A stretch of 64,000 nt of DNA from Gammaproteobacteria bacterium 50_400_T64 (GTDB lineage: Bacteria; Pseudomonadota; Gammaproteobacteria; Pseudomonadales; Porticoccaceae): contig MAAS01000016.1 in the NCBI GenBank assembly GCA_002162755.1, positions 20,506-84,505 of the forward strand, read 5' to 3'. This document shows positions 13,608 through 23,169 of this stretch, piece after piece (position 1 is the stretch's first letter; the number at the start of each line of letters is the position of its first letter). Made by a program: the position numbers and the translations under genes. The notes beneath the pieces were generated by a model that made no database searches, was not told the origin of the DNA, and saw only the letters and a list, made by a program, of their open reading frames with translations.

Positions 13608-15140
13608 ATGGCTTTTGATTCGGTAGATCGTAATGGAAACGGCAAGACGGCATTATTAATGCGTTTGGCCGTTGAGTTAACACGGCTTGCTCAGGGGCGA
13701 GACCAGCAGCTTGATTATATACTTGAGCAGTTAAGAGCTTCTCTGCATGAAAATACACCCTCGGCAGAATTTAAAGGAAGTGCTGCCCGCTTTCTTAAGT
13801 ATATTGTGTCCGGGGATGTGGATTTCGCCAATGAGTTTGAATGCTCAATAAAAGAATCTGCTGTTGAGTTATTCTCGGTGATTGAGCGCTGCTTTCCTGG
13901 TGTAAAGCAGATTTCATGCATCAAAGAAGATTTAATGCTCGCCTCCTCGTTGCAGGAGACCGTAGGGCTTGTTGAAAAAATCATCCCCTTACTTGCTGAT
14001 ATTAGTTTAAGCGGCTCGTCCTCAGCGCCGGAGCTGGATGTTTCGGTGACATCGGGCTCATTGGCCGATCCCCAAGGTGAGTATTCACTCGCCTATGTAC
14101 TCGACGTTGTCGGTTCGGCTTTGGGTAAACTGCTAGACCAGCTGAATTTATTAGAACCGTCCAATGGCCGGGTTGACAGTGTTAGGGGTGACCTTAATCG
14201 TATAGCCAGTATGGATGAGCTGGAGGTGGTGCTTGGCGAGACGCTAAGCCTGGTTATTGATGTTGCCCGACAAATTGAGGAAGAGCGCCAGTTTACAGAG
14301 CAGTTTTTGTCGCAATTGCGATTGCACCTTAAAAGCCTGGAAGAGGGTATTAGTGATTCGATTGATATTGATGCGTCATTGGATAATGTCGATAAAATTC
14401 AATCGGAGGTGGGCGGCGAGGTATCGAGTATTGAGTCGGCTATTAATGAAAATGATGATTTGGCGCTGCTAAAACAAATTATCCGTACCCGCACTGAACG
14501 ATTGTCAGCCAAAATGTCGGATTATGTTGAGGCTGAAAAAAAGCAGCTTGAAGAAGCGAGGGATAAAATAGATAGCCTTACTCGCCAGACGCAGGCAATG
14601 AATGTAGAAGTGGAAGGTCTTCGCCATCAGCTGATGGAAAAACAGCAGGTACTGGCGCTGGATCCCCTTACCGGTGTCGCTAATCGAGGCGGCTTTGATA
14701 AGCGCTTCGATGAGGAGTTGGCCCGTAGCCAGCGCATCGGGTTTCCACTGTCGTTATTGGTTATCGATATCGATAAATTCAAATATGTTAACGACACTTT
14801 CGGGCATAAAGCCGGTGATAGAGTGCTGCAAACTATTGCCAAATTAATGGCGGGTAGAGTGCGAGAGACTGACTTTATTGCGCGCTACGGGGGTGACGAG
14901 TTTGTTTTATTGCTGCCCGGTACGCCTGCTGAAGACTCAAAATCCGTGGCGCAGGGCTTCTGTGATGCGGTGAAGCGTTGTGGTTTTCACAGTCGCGGTC
15001 AGTCGGTTGAGGTTTCCCTTTCCATTGGTATTGCTCAACTTCGAGAGGGTGATACCGGTGAGATTTTGTTTGAAAGAGCCGATGCAGCCATGTACGAAGT
15101 GAAAAATAATGGCCGCGATGGTTGTGCTATCGCGCCATAG
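13608..15140 (+). CDS. Diguanylate cyclase (GGDEF) with a long non-membrane coiled-coil N-terminal region
   Basis: 510 aa. The active site 'RYGGDEFVLLLPG' is intact, and the I-site RxxD sits at the canonical spacing ('RETDFIARYGGDEF'). 'DPLTGVANRGGF' marks entry to the GGDEF domain. Confidence 0.9.
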   Translation: MAFDSVDRNGNGKTALLMRLAVELTRLAQGRDQQLDYILEQLRASLHENTPSAEFKGSAARFLKYIVSGDVDFANEFECSIKESAVELFSVIERCFPGVKQISCIKEDLMLASSLQETVGLVEKIIPLLADISLSGSSSAPELDVSVTSGSLADPQGEYSLAYVLDVVGSALGKLLDQLNLLEPSNGRVDSVRGDLNRIASMDELEVVLGETLSLVIDVARQIEEERQFTEQFLSQLRLHLKSLEEGISDSIDIDASLDNVDKIQSEVGGEVSSIESAINENDDLALLKQIIRTRTERLSAKMSDYVEAEKKQLEEARDKIDSLTRQTQAMNVEVEGLRHQLMEKQQVLALDPLTGVANRGGFDKRFDEELARSQRIGFPLSLLVIDIDKFKYVNDTFGHKAGDRVLQTIAKLMAGRVRETDFIARYGGDEFVLLLPGTPAEDSKSVAQGFCDAVKRCGFHSRGQSVEVSLSIGIAQLREGDTGEILFERADAAMYEVKNNGRDGCAIAP

Positions 15141-15190
15141 TGGCGGATTAGTCTCATGCTGTGGATGGTTGTGATAGGTTCTTAATCACT

Positions 15191-15919
15191 TTAGCGGCGG
15201 CGGGCGTTTAGCCTTTCGACGGCGGCGGTATAGTTTAGGATTGCCTGCGTTGTTGGCGGGTCGAGATTAACAAAGTGGCAGCCTATTTTGCTTCTTGAGC
15301 TGTGTTCGGTATCAATCTGTCTGCGTACCTCTGCTTCGGCAATAATCGTTTTGTCATCCAGTGTTTTGAAGATACATTGCGCAATCTTATCGCCAGGGTT
15401 TAATTTGCTGTCGCCTGGGATGGTGAGCAAGGCCCCGCTGGCCGAAATATCGCTGATTTGTCCTGTTACTACCTGATTGTCACTCAGAATCAAATGAACC
15501 TCCGGCGAGGACATTATGCTCACGGGGGCTCGGTAACTAGAGCGGCGTTGCGATTGGTAGATCGTGCCAGGTAGTGTTGAGCGGTAGCGAACCAGCCCTT
15601 TCGTTTTGTGATGCCCAATGATAGTAGCCTCAAAATCGACATTAATCCCTTTTAGCCAGCCGCTTACGCGGTAATGTTTCTTTTCAAGAAGTGCCGCGTG
15701 GCCGGTGCTATCGGCGAGCTCGTCTAGCTCAATCCAGTCATCTGTAGAGTCGATTGCTAAAATAATACTAACGAACTCCTCGTTGCTGCCCGCTATTGAT
15801 AAGTTCAGCTGACAGCGGCTTTCCTGTAGTGCTTTGAGGATTAGTCGTTTGTGTGCTCTTATTTTTATACCGTCACCACGTAGGGTGGGGTGGGCGTGTT
15901 CAGTATTTTCTTCTGACAT
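15191..15919 (-). CDS. flgZ: Flagellar brake protein, YcgR/FlgZ-type PilZ c-di-GMP receptor
   Basis: 242 aa. PilZ motifs RxxxR ('QRRSSYR') and D/NxSxxG ('DISASGAL') are present. It follows flgM-flgN as in the Pseudomonas flgAMNZ arrangement. Confidence 0.85.
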   Translation of the reverse strand: MSEENTEHAHPTLRGDGIKIRAHKRLILKALQESRCQLNLSIAGSNEEFVSIILAIDSTDDWIELDELADSTGHAALLEKKHYRVSGWLKGINVDFEATIIGHHKTKGLVRYRSTLPGTIYQSQRRSSYRAPVSIMSSPEVHLILSDNQVVTGQISDISASGALLTIPGDSKLNPGDKIAQCIFKTLDDKTIIAEAEVRRQIDTEHSSRSKIGCHFVNLDPPTTQAILNYTAAVERLNARRR

Positions 15920-16013
15920 TAGCGTTGCTTGGAAAGGCGGGCGGCCATATTAGCGTGTTGATCTGGCGTTTGTCGTGGGGCTAAGGGCGAGTGTTGATTT
16001 GTGAATGTATCTT

Positions 16014-16478
16014 TCAGGCTTTGCCCAGAGGATTGGACAGTGACTGCCGAGGAGGCGTGCCGTTTGCGCTGTAGGTTTGTACTGTCTCAATACTACCGCG
16101 GCGCAGCACCTGCAGTGCTTGCTCGGTGACGAGCTGGTTTTTCCTGATCATAGTGCCCACGAGCAGGTTCTCTTCCTTGCAGCGTTGGCTTGCGTCGCAA
16201 AGCGCTTGCCAGCTGTCGTGGAGTTTCTGGTCCGCATTATTAGCCAGTATGGCTTGCAGGCCTGCTAAGCCGGGTGCCGCCCCTTGTTTTTTGAGGGCGG
16301 CATCGCGCTGCGGGTCCATCGCTTGCAGGGCTTGAGCGGCACCCAGTTTTTTCTCGATGGCTGTTTCGAGAATCGTTGTATCTTGTTCGGAGAGAGCGGC
16401 CCTCTCCTCGCCGAGTGCGCAAAGGAGCTCGTGAGTCAGAGAGGTTGTTTTGTCTAATAGGCGAATAAAGTCTTTCAC
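16014..16478 (-). CDS. flgN: Flagellar export chaperone FlgN
   Basis: 154 aa helical protein with a GTG start, immediately downstream of flgM. Confidence 0.75.
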   Translation of the reverse strand: MKDFIRLLDKTTSLTHELLCALGEERAALSEQDTTILETAIEKKLGAAQALQAMDPQRDAALKKQGAAPGLAGLQAILANNADQKLHDSWQALCDASQRCKEENLLVGTMIRKNQLVTEQALQVLRRGSIETVQTYSANGTPPRQSLSNPLGKA

Positions 16479-16540
16479 GCGTCAATACCGGATTGATTAC
16501 TAGAGTGTTTGTAGAGGGTGCTGCCAGGGTTCGTAATGAA

Positions 16541-16849
16541 CTAGGCCATGCCCTGCTCAAAGCTAATCAGTTTTTTGGCAATGCTATCCGTGTTGATGGT
16601 GTAGGAGCCATCGCTCAGGGCTTGCTTGATACTAGCGACTTTTTCAGCGTCAAAACCTGGCATTTCGGCGAGGGTTTTTTCGACCTGCAGTAACTTGAGG
16701 GCAGAGTCGGTAACCGTAACGGTGCTTGACCCCTCGGCCTGTGGCTGAGAGCTGCCTTTCTCGGGGGCGACATCATGTGTGGCACCCGCTTTCTTTCCAG
16801 TGCTGGTGCTGAGCCCCACGTTGTTACTTGCTGGCTGTCTGATTTCCAT
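16541..16849 (-). CDS. flgM: Anti-sigma-28 factor FlgM
   Basis: Trimmed to ATG 16849 (102 aa). C-terminus 'FDAEKVASIKQALSDGSYTINTDSIAKKLISFE' is typical of FlgM. Preceded by a consensus sigma-28 promoter. Confidence 0.8.
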   Translation of the reverse strand: MEIRQPASNNVGLSTSTGKKAGATHDVAPEKGSSQPQAEGSSTVTVTDSALKLLQVEKTLAEMPGFDAEKVASIKQALSDGSYTINTDSIAKKLISFEQGMA

Positions 16850-16896
16850 CGTGCTCGTCCTTCCCGGTTTACAGTGTCTAAACACTGACAGTTAGC

Positions 16897-16923
16897 TTAT
16901 CGGCATCTTTACAAAAAACTTTA
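16897..16923 (-). promoter_or_regulatory. Sigma-28 (FliA) promoter of flgM-flgN(-flgZ)
   Basis: The minus strand reads TAAAGTTT-tttgtaaagat-GCCGATAA. This is a perfect match to TAAAGTTT-N11-GCCGATAA. It lies between the flgA stop and the flgM start. Confidence 0.9.
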
Positions 16924-16959
16924 ATATTCTTGTGGATTAAAACGTATCCGCCTTCTTCT

Positions 16960-17745
16960 TTAGTCGGCTTGAACTACGCCAGAGGCCAAAATAGTGCCGT
17001 CGACAATTTTACTGGATGACACGTTTTGCACACGTATCCTTTCCCCTACTGCGCCGCTGGTCAAAGCGATAGCCGTAACACTCACCATTAAGCCCCGTTT
17101 GCCGGCCTGCAAATCGACGCGTTGGCCTTTTTTAATGATTTGGGGCTCTGCCAGTATCGCACTGGTGAATACGGCGTTACTGGCCAGGTTTTTTTTAAGA
17201 ACCTTGCCAATAATTTGTTCGGGCTTGTTCAAGTAGGCGGTGTTGAGTTGGCTGGTATTTCTCGATTGCCGTGAAATGTCATCGGCGCTGATAAGGTGCC
17301 CGCGTTGCAGATAGGTGGCGGCAACCAGAACCTGGCTGATGGTAGTGATATTAGCGGAAACATAGAGTGTCCAGGGGCGCGGGCCCGTACAGCGTACGCC
17401 GACGGTTGTCTTGCTTTGTATTGCTGCACTCGAAGGCAAGAAGGTATCGAGTGGGCTGCCGCAAACAGGCAGTGTTAAGCGAGCATCAATTTTGCCGATG
17501 CTGATGGTTGTGTTGGCTCGATTCTGGATGTCAGGGTGCTGCGCGAGTAAATCTTCCGCAGCAGACCGAATGCTGTCGATCGATTGAAACCCCTCTTCCC
17601 CTGCTAGAGCGACCTTAGGCAGCGGTGCGCCGAGTAGCACAAGCGCCATTATTATAGGCGAGAGTGTGCTGATAGTGCGTATGGCGGCGGTGAGTCGCTG
17701 GGTCACAGTGCGCAGGATGGATGATGTTGAGCAGGGAGTAGTCAA
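16960..17745 (-). CDS. flgA: Flagellar P-ring assembly chaperone FlgA (start codon uncertain)
   Basis: The ORF begins at TTG 17745. A GTG 13 codons in, or ATG 17649, are alternative starts. Signal-like 'IIMALVLLGAPLPKVALA' and C-terminal SAF/FlgA region 'GERIRVQNVSSSKIVDGTI'. Confidence 0.8.
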   Translation of the reverse strand: MTTPCSTSSILRTVTQRLTAAIRTISTLSPIIMALVLLGAPLPKVALAGEEGFQSIDSIRSAAEDLLAQHPDIQNRANTTISIGKIDARLTLPVCGSPLDTFLPSSAAIQSKTTVGVRCTGPRPWTLYVSANITTISQVLVAATYLQRGHLISADDISRQSRNTSQLNTAYLNKPEQIIGKVLKKNLASNAVFTSAILAEPQIIKKGQRVDLQAGKRGLMVSVTAIALTSGAVGERIRVQNVSSSKIVDGTILASGVVQAD

Positions 17746-17966
17746 TTTTTTGGCATCTTTTGTCTGTATTTATCACTGAATCAGTATTTTGTAGAAGTAG
17801 TGCAATATCCGGGCCGCATATCTTTTGACGACCTCTTCACCACCCCTTTTAAAACACACTAGAGCGCGGCATTGGCTTTGCCGTTGTCCGGCAGGCCATT
17901 GCCGCCGCAAGGCTTATTCGACGGCTTTGTTTATATAACTTGTTGAAATATAGGGGTTATATATTT

Positions 17967-17982
17967 TGGCACAAGGGTTGCA
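17967..17982 (+). promoter_or_regulatory. Sigma-54 promoter of the flgB operon
   Basis: TGGCACaagggTTGCA is an exact TGGCAC-N5-TTGCA element, 47 nt upstream of the flgB ATG. Confidence 0.85.
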
Positions 17983-18028
17983 ATAACTTTGTCAGTGCGG
18001 TTTTAAGCGATGATTAGGAAAGTAAAAT

Positions 18029-18412
18029 ATGTCTGCTCAATTTGGATCAATACTCGGCAAGCAAGCCCAGGGCCTCTACTTTCATGCCCAAAGAGCAGAG
18101 CTGCTGGCGGCCAACATTGCGAATGCTGAAACGCCGGGCTACAGAGCGCGGGATGTGGATTTTCGTTCAGCGTTACGTGCAGCGGGTGTCGATAGGCTGG
18201 AGCAGAGTCACGAGCGCCATCTGCCGTCGAATTCAGGTTTCCAGTCAGCTGTTTTTTATCGCCAGCCCGCTCAATCATCCATCAATGGCAATACGGTTGA
18301 TATGGCGAAAGAGCAAACGGCCTACGCCGAAAATGCACTGCGCTATCAAGTCAATTTGCGTTTTCTGGATGGCAAGATAAAAAGCATGATGCTGGCCTTA
18401 AGGGGAGATTAA
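18029..18412 (+). CDS. flgB: Flagellar proximal rod protein FlgB
   Basis: 127 aa with 'LLAANIANAETPGYRARD'. SD AGGAAAG. Confidence 0.93.
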   Translation: MSAQFGSILGKQAQGLYFHAQRAELLAANIANAETPGYRARDVDFRSALRAAGVDRLEQSHERHLPSNSGFQSAVFYRQPAQSSINGNTVDMAKEQTAYAENALRYQVNLRFLDGKIKSMMLALRGD

Positions 18413-18415
18413 GTC

Positions 18416-18829
18416 ATGAGCTTAGAAGGTGTAATGAGAGTGTCGGGATCAGCGCTGGCGGCACATACCGTGTGGCTCGATACCGTTGCCAGTAACTTGG
18501 CGAATTCTGAGGTGGTGAGTGGTAGCGCTGATGATGTCTATCGTTCACGTCAGCCAATATTTGCCACCATGATGAAACCCTTTGGTGATCATAAAGGTGC
18601 TGTGGGCGTCACCGTTGAAGGTGTTGTTGAGTCGGGGCCTCCCGGCAGAAAAGAATATGCGCCAAACCATACCCTTGCTGATGGCGATGGCTATATCTAC
18701 CACAGTAACGTCAATACCGTTGAGGAGATGGCCAACATGATCGCCGCCTCTCGGGCCTATCAAAATAGTGTTGAAGCGATGAATACAGCCAAACAATTAC
18801 TGACGCAGACCTTGAGTCTGGGTCGTTAA
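18416..18829 (+). CDS. flgC: Flagellar proximal rod protein FlgC
   Basis: 137 aa with 'DTVASNLANSEV' and C-terminal 'EEMANMIAASRAYQNSVEAMNTAKQL'. Confidence 0.93.
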   Translation: MSLEGVMRVSGSALAAHTVWLDTVASNLANSEVVSGSADDVYRSRQPIFATMMKPFGDHKGAVGVTVEGVVESGPPGRKEYAPNHTLADGDGYIYHSNVNTVEEMANMIAASRAYQNSVEAMNTAKQLLTQTLSLGR

Positions 18830-18840
18830 GGAGACGAGTA

Positions 18841-19512
18841 ATGCAATCTGATATTGCAACTATTTTAGGTGTCGAACAAACCGGTGGTTTGGGTTCGGGG
18901 GTAAAGAAGAAAGAAGAGCTGGGTCAGGAGGAGTTTATGCGCTTGCTAGTGGCGCAGTTGAACAATCAGGACCCCACCAAGCCAATGGACAATGCTGAGT
19001 TTTTATCACAAATAGCCGAATTTAGCATGGTGGATGGGATTCAAGGTATGGAGACCTCTCTCTCAGACCTCGGTGCATCGATGATGTCCACCCGTGCTAT
19101 GCAGGCCTCGTCTCTGGTGGGGCGCGATGTGATCAGTGCGTCCAACCAGGCCGCTTTTGCCCCGGGTGAAGAAATCGAGGGCGTGATAGCCATACCAGGC
19201 AGTGCGTCGGCTGTACAGATACAAATATCGGATAGTAGTGGACAGCTGGTTAAGGTTCTTGATATCGGAAATGTAGACGCGGGTCTTCACAAGTTCTCCT
19301 GGGATGGTTTGCTCGATGATGGCGCTTCCATCGACACGGGAAACTATAAGGTCACGGCCAGCGGCTTAGTCGATGGGGCCGTGGAAGCATTACCTGCCTT
19401 TGCTTCGGTTCAGGTCACCAGCGTCTCGATTGGCGCAGGTGGATCGGAAATTAGTTTGAATCTGGATGGTGGGGATTCGGTGTCTTACGCCGATGTTCTC
19501 CAGTACTTATAA
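18841..19512 (+). CDS. flgD: Hook capping/scaffold protein FlgD
   Basis: 223 aa with 'FMRLLVAQLNNQDPTKPMDNAEFLSQIAEFS'. Confidence 0.92.
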   Translation: MQSDIATILGVEQTGGLGSGVKKKEELGQEEFMRLLVAQLNNQDPTKPMDNAEFLSQIAEFSMVDGIQGMETSLSDLGASMMSTRAMQASSLVGRDVISASNQAAFAPGEEIEGVIAIPGSASAVQIQISDSSGQLVKVLDIGNVDAGLHKFSWDGLLDDGASIDTGNYKVTASGLVDGAVEALPAFASVQVTSVSIGAGGSEISLNLDGGDSVSYADVLQYL

Positions 19513-19530
19513 GCTTAAGAGGATTTAGTC

Positions 19531-20808
19531 ATGGGATTTGAAACAGCAGTATCGGGTATTCGAGCAGCCTCATCTCAGCTCGGCATTATTGGCAACAACA
19601 TCGCCAACAGCTCCACCTCGGGCTTCAAGCAGGCGCGGGGTGAGTTTGCCGATGTGTTCGCCGCCAGTGCTCTGGGTGTGGCCTCCAACTCCATCGGTCG
19701 AGGTGTTGAGCTAACGTCAATTGCCCAGCAGTTTACTCAGGGTAATATTAGTTTTACCGATAGCTCTCTGGATCTGGCGATTAGTGGTACGGGCTTTTTT
19801 ATGCTCGACGATGGGGGTGTTACTCGCTTTACGCGTTCGGGTGCTTTCGCGGTCGATTCCGAGGGCTTCGTCACCAATAACGAGGGGCTGCGTTTACAGG
19901 CTTTCGGGGCCGATACGACGGGGCAAATTACCGGTTTGATCGATGACGTACGTCTGACAACCTCGCAAATCGAGCCCATTCCCAGTTCTTCAATTGATAT
20001 TACGGCCAACCTGGATTCTCGGGAGGAAGTGCCTCTGCTGACCTTTGCTGCACCCTTCGATGCTTTTGCCTCGCCGCCGACGGCCCCCAGTGCTGATATG
20101 TACAATGGTTCTACCTCGCTGACGATCTACGACAGCCTGGGCAACCCCCACGACTTGACGACCTATTTTGTTAAAACGCCAACGGCCAATGAGTGGGAGG
20201 CCCACGTCACTATTGATGGTGTTACCCCGGGTGGCATAGCGGCACCTCAACTTATGAGGTTTAATAATACGGGTCAATTTGATGCCGCTACCCTGCCGGT
20301 TGAAGTGACCGTGGCCAACTGGAATCCTGTGGATTCCTCTGGCGCTGGGACGGGCGCCGTGACACCTCAGTCCTTCAAAATTGACCTGTCGACCACCACA
20401 CAGTTTGGTAGTGACTTCGGGGTGAGCTTTATCTCCCAAAATGGCTTCTCTTCAGGGCAGTTGCGGGGTGTTGAGATCTCCGACACCGGCATTATTTTCG
20501 CTCGTTATACCAACGGTCAGTCTTTTGCACTGGGTCAGGTAGCACTGGCCAACTTTGCCAACCAGCAAGGCTTGCAGCCACTGGGTAGTACGGCCTGGGC
20601 GGAGACCTTTGCCTCGGGTGTGGCGACCATCAGTGAGCCGGGCACAGCGGGTCTGGGTTTGATTCAGTCCGGTGCGCTGGAGGATTCTAATGTCGATATC
20701 ACCCAGCAGTTGGTCAATATGATTACCGCACAGCGCAACTTCCAGGCAAACGCCCAGGTGATTCAAACGGAAGATGCCGTGACTCAAACCGTTATCAACC
20801 TACGTTAA
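19531..20808 (+). CDS. flgE: Flagellar hook protein FlgE
   Basis: 425 aa. N-terminal 'GIIGNNIANSSTSGFK' and C-terminal 'LEDSNVDITQQLVNMITAQRNFQANAQVIQT'. Confidence 0.93.
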   Translation: MGFETAVSGIRAASSQLGIIGNNIANSSTSGFKQARGEFADVFAASALGVASNSIGRGVELTSIAQQFTQGNISFTDSSLDLAISGTGFFMLDDGGVTRFTRSGAFAVDSEGFVTNNEGLRLQAFGADTTGQITGLIDDVRLTTSQIEPIPSSSIDITANLDSREEVPLLTFAAPFDAFASPPTAPSADMYNGSTSLTIYDSLGNPHDLTTYFVKTPTANEWEAHVTIDGVTPGGIAAPQLMRFNNTGQFDAATLPVEVTVANWNPVDSSGAGTGAVTPQSFKIDLSTTTQFGSDFGVSFISQNGFSSGQLRGVEISDTGIIFARYTNGQSFALGQVALANFANQQGLQPLGSTAWAETFASGVATISEPGTAGLGLIQSGALEDSNVDITQQLVNMITAQRNFQANAQVIQTEDAVTQTVINLR

Positions 20809-20829
20809 ATACTGAAAGGCTGAACAGTT

Positions 20830-21567
20830 ATGGGTAACTATCTTTATACGTCGATGGTTAGTGCTAGCGAGATTATGCGCGGCATGGCCGATGTCACACA
20901 CAACCTGGCCAACGCCAGTACCACCGGCTTTCGTGCTGATCTGTCGATGTTCAGATCGGTAGCGCTTCCTGGTGCGGTCAATGGCGGCGGTGCGCCGGTG
21001 TACGAGCGCGCCGGTATTGATACCAGCTTTGGTGCCCTGCAAAACACCGGGGTCGACCTCGATGTAGCGGTTAATGGCGCGGGCTGGATTGCCGTGCAGG
21101 CTGATGGTGGCGGCGAAGCCTACACGCGTCGGGGTGACTTGCGTCTTGACTCTCTTGGTCAGCTAACCAATGGGGCGGGCCAGGCAATTATTGGTGATGG
21201 CGGGCCTTTAGCCATACCGCCCCATAGCAAAATGGAAATTGCCGCTGATGGCACCATCACTATTCAGCCCCTTGGCCAGGGCCCCGATACGCTGGCAGTG
21301 GTGGGGCGTATCAAGTTGGTCAGTCTTGATGACGATGCCTTATTTAAAGGCCGCGATGGTTTGTTGCGCCTTAAAGGTGGGGCCGCGGCTCAAGAGGACG
21401 CCAGCGTGACGTTGGTTTCGGGTGCTCTTGAGGCCAGCAATGTCAACACCATCTCCACCATGGTGAAGATGATCGAGCTGCAAAGAAGCTATGAAACTCA
21501 GATCAAAATGATGAAAACCGCTGCCGATAATGATCGTGCGTCGGCCGCTTTGATGAAAATGAATTGA
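20830..21567 (+). CDS. flgF: Flagellar proximal rod protein FlgF
   Basis: 245 aa with C-terminal 'LEASNVNTISTMVKMIELQRSYE'. Confidence 0.9.
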   Translation: MGNYLYTSMVSASEIMRGMADVTHNLANASTTGFRADLSMFRSVALPGAVNGGGAPVYERAGIDTSFGALQNTGVDLDVAVNGAGWIAVQADGGGEAYTRRGDLRLDSLGQLTNGAGQAIIGDGGPLAIPPHSKMEIAADGTITIQPLGQGPDTLAVVGRIKLVSLDDDALFKGRDGLLRLKGGAAAQEDASVTLVSGALEASNVNTISTMVKMIELQRSYETQIKMMKTAADNDRASAALMKMN

Positions 21568-21618
21568 TCGTTAAATAGACGATAGCTGATCAAATAAAGA
21601 GCGTTTTGGAGAGATAAC

Positions 21619-22404
21619 ATGCAAGAATCACTGTGGATAGCTAAGACCGGGTTAGACGCGCAACAAACTCGCATGGCGACCATTTCAAACAATTTGGCCA
21701 ACGTCAGTACGGCGGGTTTCAAGCGTGGTCGGGCTGTTTTTGAAGACTTGCTTTATCAAAACCTGCGCCAGGTGGGTGCTCAATCATCTCAGGATACCCA
21801 GCTGCCATCGGGTTTGATGCAGGGTACGGGGGTGCGCGTCGTTGCCACCGAAAAGCTTTTTACCCAGGGCAACCTTGAGACCACGGAAAACGCGCTGGAT
21901 GTGGCGATTGAAGGTAAGGGTTTTATTCAGGTGTTGATGCCCGATGGCGCTATTTCCTACACCCGCGACGGCTCGATGGCCCTCGATTCCGACGGCCAAC
22001 TGGTTAGCTCCAACGGTTATCCCATAGAGCCCTCCATCACTATTCCCCAGGACGCTCAGTCGATCACTATCGGCAGTGACGGTACGGTTTCGGTATTGTC
22101 ACCGGGCGATACCGAACCCTCTCAGGTGGGCACCTTGCAGTTGGCTGATTTTGTTAACCCCGCGGGCCTACAGGCCATTGGTAAGAACCTCTATCTGGAA
22201 TCGGGTTCCAGCGGCAGCCCGCAGACGGGCAATCCGGGGCTCAACGGGCTGGGTTCAATTATGCAGGGCTACATTGAAAGCTCAAACGTCAATGTTGTGG
22301 AAGAGCTGGTGTCGATGATTGAAACCCAGCGCGCTTACGAAATGAACTCCAAGGCGATTTCCACTACCGACCAAATGCTGCAGTACATCAGTAATAACCT
22401 CTAA
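21619..22404 (+). CDS. flgG: Flagellar distal rod protein FlgG
   Basis: 261 aa with '[32 protein letters not shown]' and '[27 protein letters not shown]'. Confidence 0.95.
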   Translation: MQESLWIAKTGLDAQQTRMATISNNLANVSTAGFKRGRAVFEDLLYQNLRQVGAQSSQDTQLPSGLMQGTGVRVVATEKLFTQGNLETTENALDVAIEGKGFIQVLMPDGAISYTRDGSMALDSDGQLVSSNGYPIEPSITIPQDAQSITIGSDGTVSVLSPGDTEPSQVGTLQLADFVNPAGLQAIGKNLYLESGSSGSPQTGNPGLNGLGSIMQGYIESSNVNVVEELVSMIETQRAYEMNSKAISTTDQMLQYISNNL

Positions 22405-22434
22405 GTCGCACTTGAATAGAAACGGGACAGAGCG

Positions 22435-23136
22435 ATGAACAAGACCATGAAAACAAGCCGTAAAAGTGTGCTGCTAAAGCGCCTTTATAGTCTTTCGCTA
22501 CTGGCGGGCGTGGCGCTATTAAATGCCTGCACGGTGATGCCCGAGCACAGCGAGCCGGGCTATGAGTCGGTGGCACCCGTCGCCATGGTGAGACCTGAGC
22601 AAAATACCGGGGGTATTTACCAGGCGGGTTACAACCTGGTGCTGTTTGAAGATCAGCGCGCCAGTCGTGTCGGTGACATTATTCAGGTGTTGTTAGTGGA
22701 ACAGACGGACGCGACGAAAAGCAGCAAAACGGAAATCGATAAAGACAGTAAAGCCACCTTGCCAGCACCGACCTTATTTGGTCATTTGCTCAATGGTCTT
22801 GGTCTTGGTGTTGACTCAAGTTCCGAGTTTGAGGGCGAAGGCAAGAGCAATCAAAGCAACCGCCTCAGCGGCAGCATTGCCGTGACCGTGTCGCAGGTGC
22901 TGCCCAATGGCAATCTCATCGTACAGGGCGAGAAGTGGATACAGATTAACCAGGGCAGTGAGTTTATTCGTATCAAGGGTATTGTGCGGCCCTCCGATGT
23001 GAGCTCTGACAATACGGTGTTATCGACCCACGTTGCCAATGCCAAAATTTCTTACGGTGGTCGAGGGTCTTTGAATGAAGCCAATACTAGCGGCTGGTTG
23101 GTGCGCTTCTTTATGACCCCCCTCTGGCCCTTTTGA
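22435..23136 (+). CDS. flgH: Flagellar L-ring lipoprotein FlgH
   Basis: 233 aa. Lipobox 'ALLNAC' and 'DIIQVLLVEQTDATKSS'. Confidence 0.93.
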   Translation: MNKTMKTSRKSVLLKRLYSLSLLAGVALLNACTVMPEHSEPGYESVAPVAMVRPEQNTGGIYQAGYNLVLFEDQRASRVGDIIQVLLVEQTDATKSSKTEIDKDSKATLPAPTLFGHLLNGLGLGVDSSSEFEGEGKSNQSNRLSGSIAVTVSQVLPNGNLIVQGEKWIQINQGSEFIRIKGIVRPSDVSSDNTVLSTHVANAKISYGGRGSLNEANTSGWLVRFFMTPLWPF

Positions 23137-23169
23137 TACGTCACTTTCACTGATTAGGAGTAGGCAATA

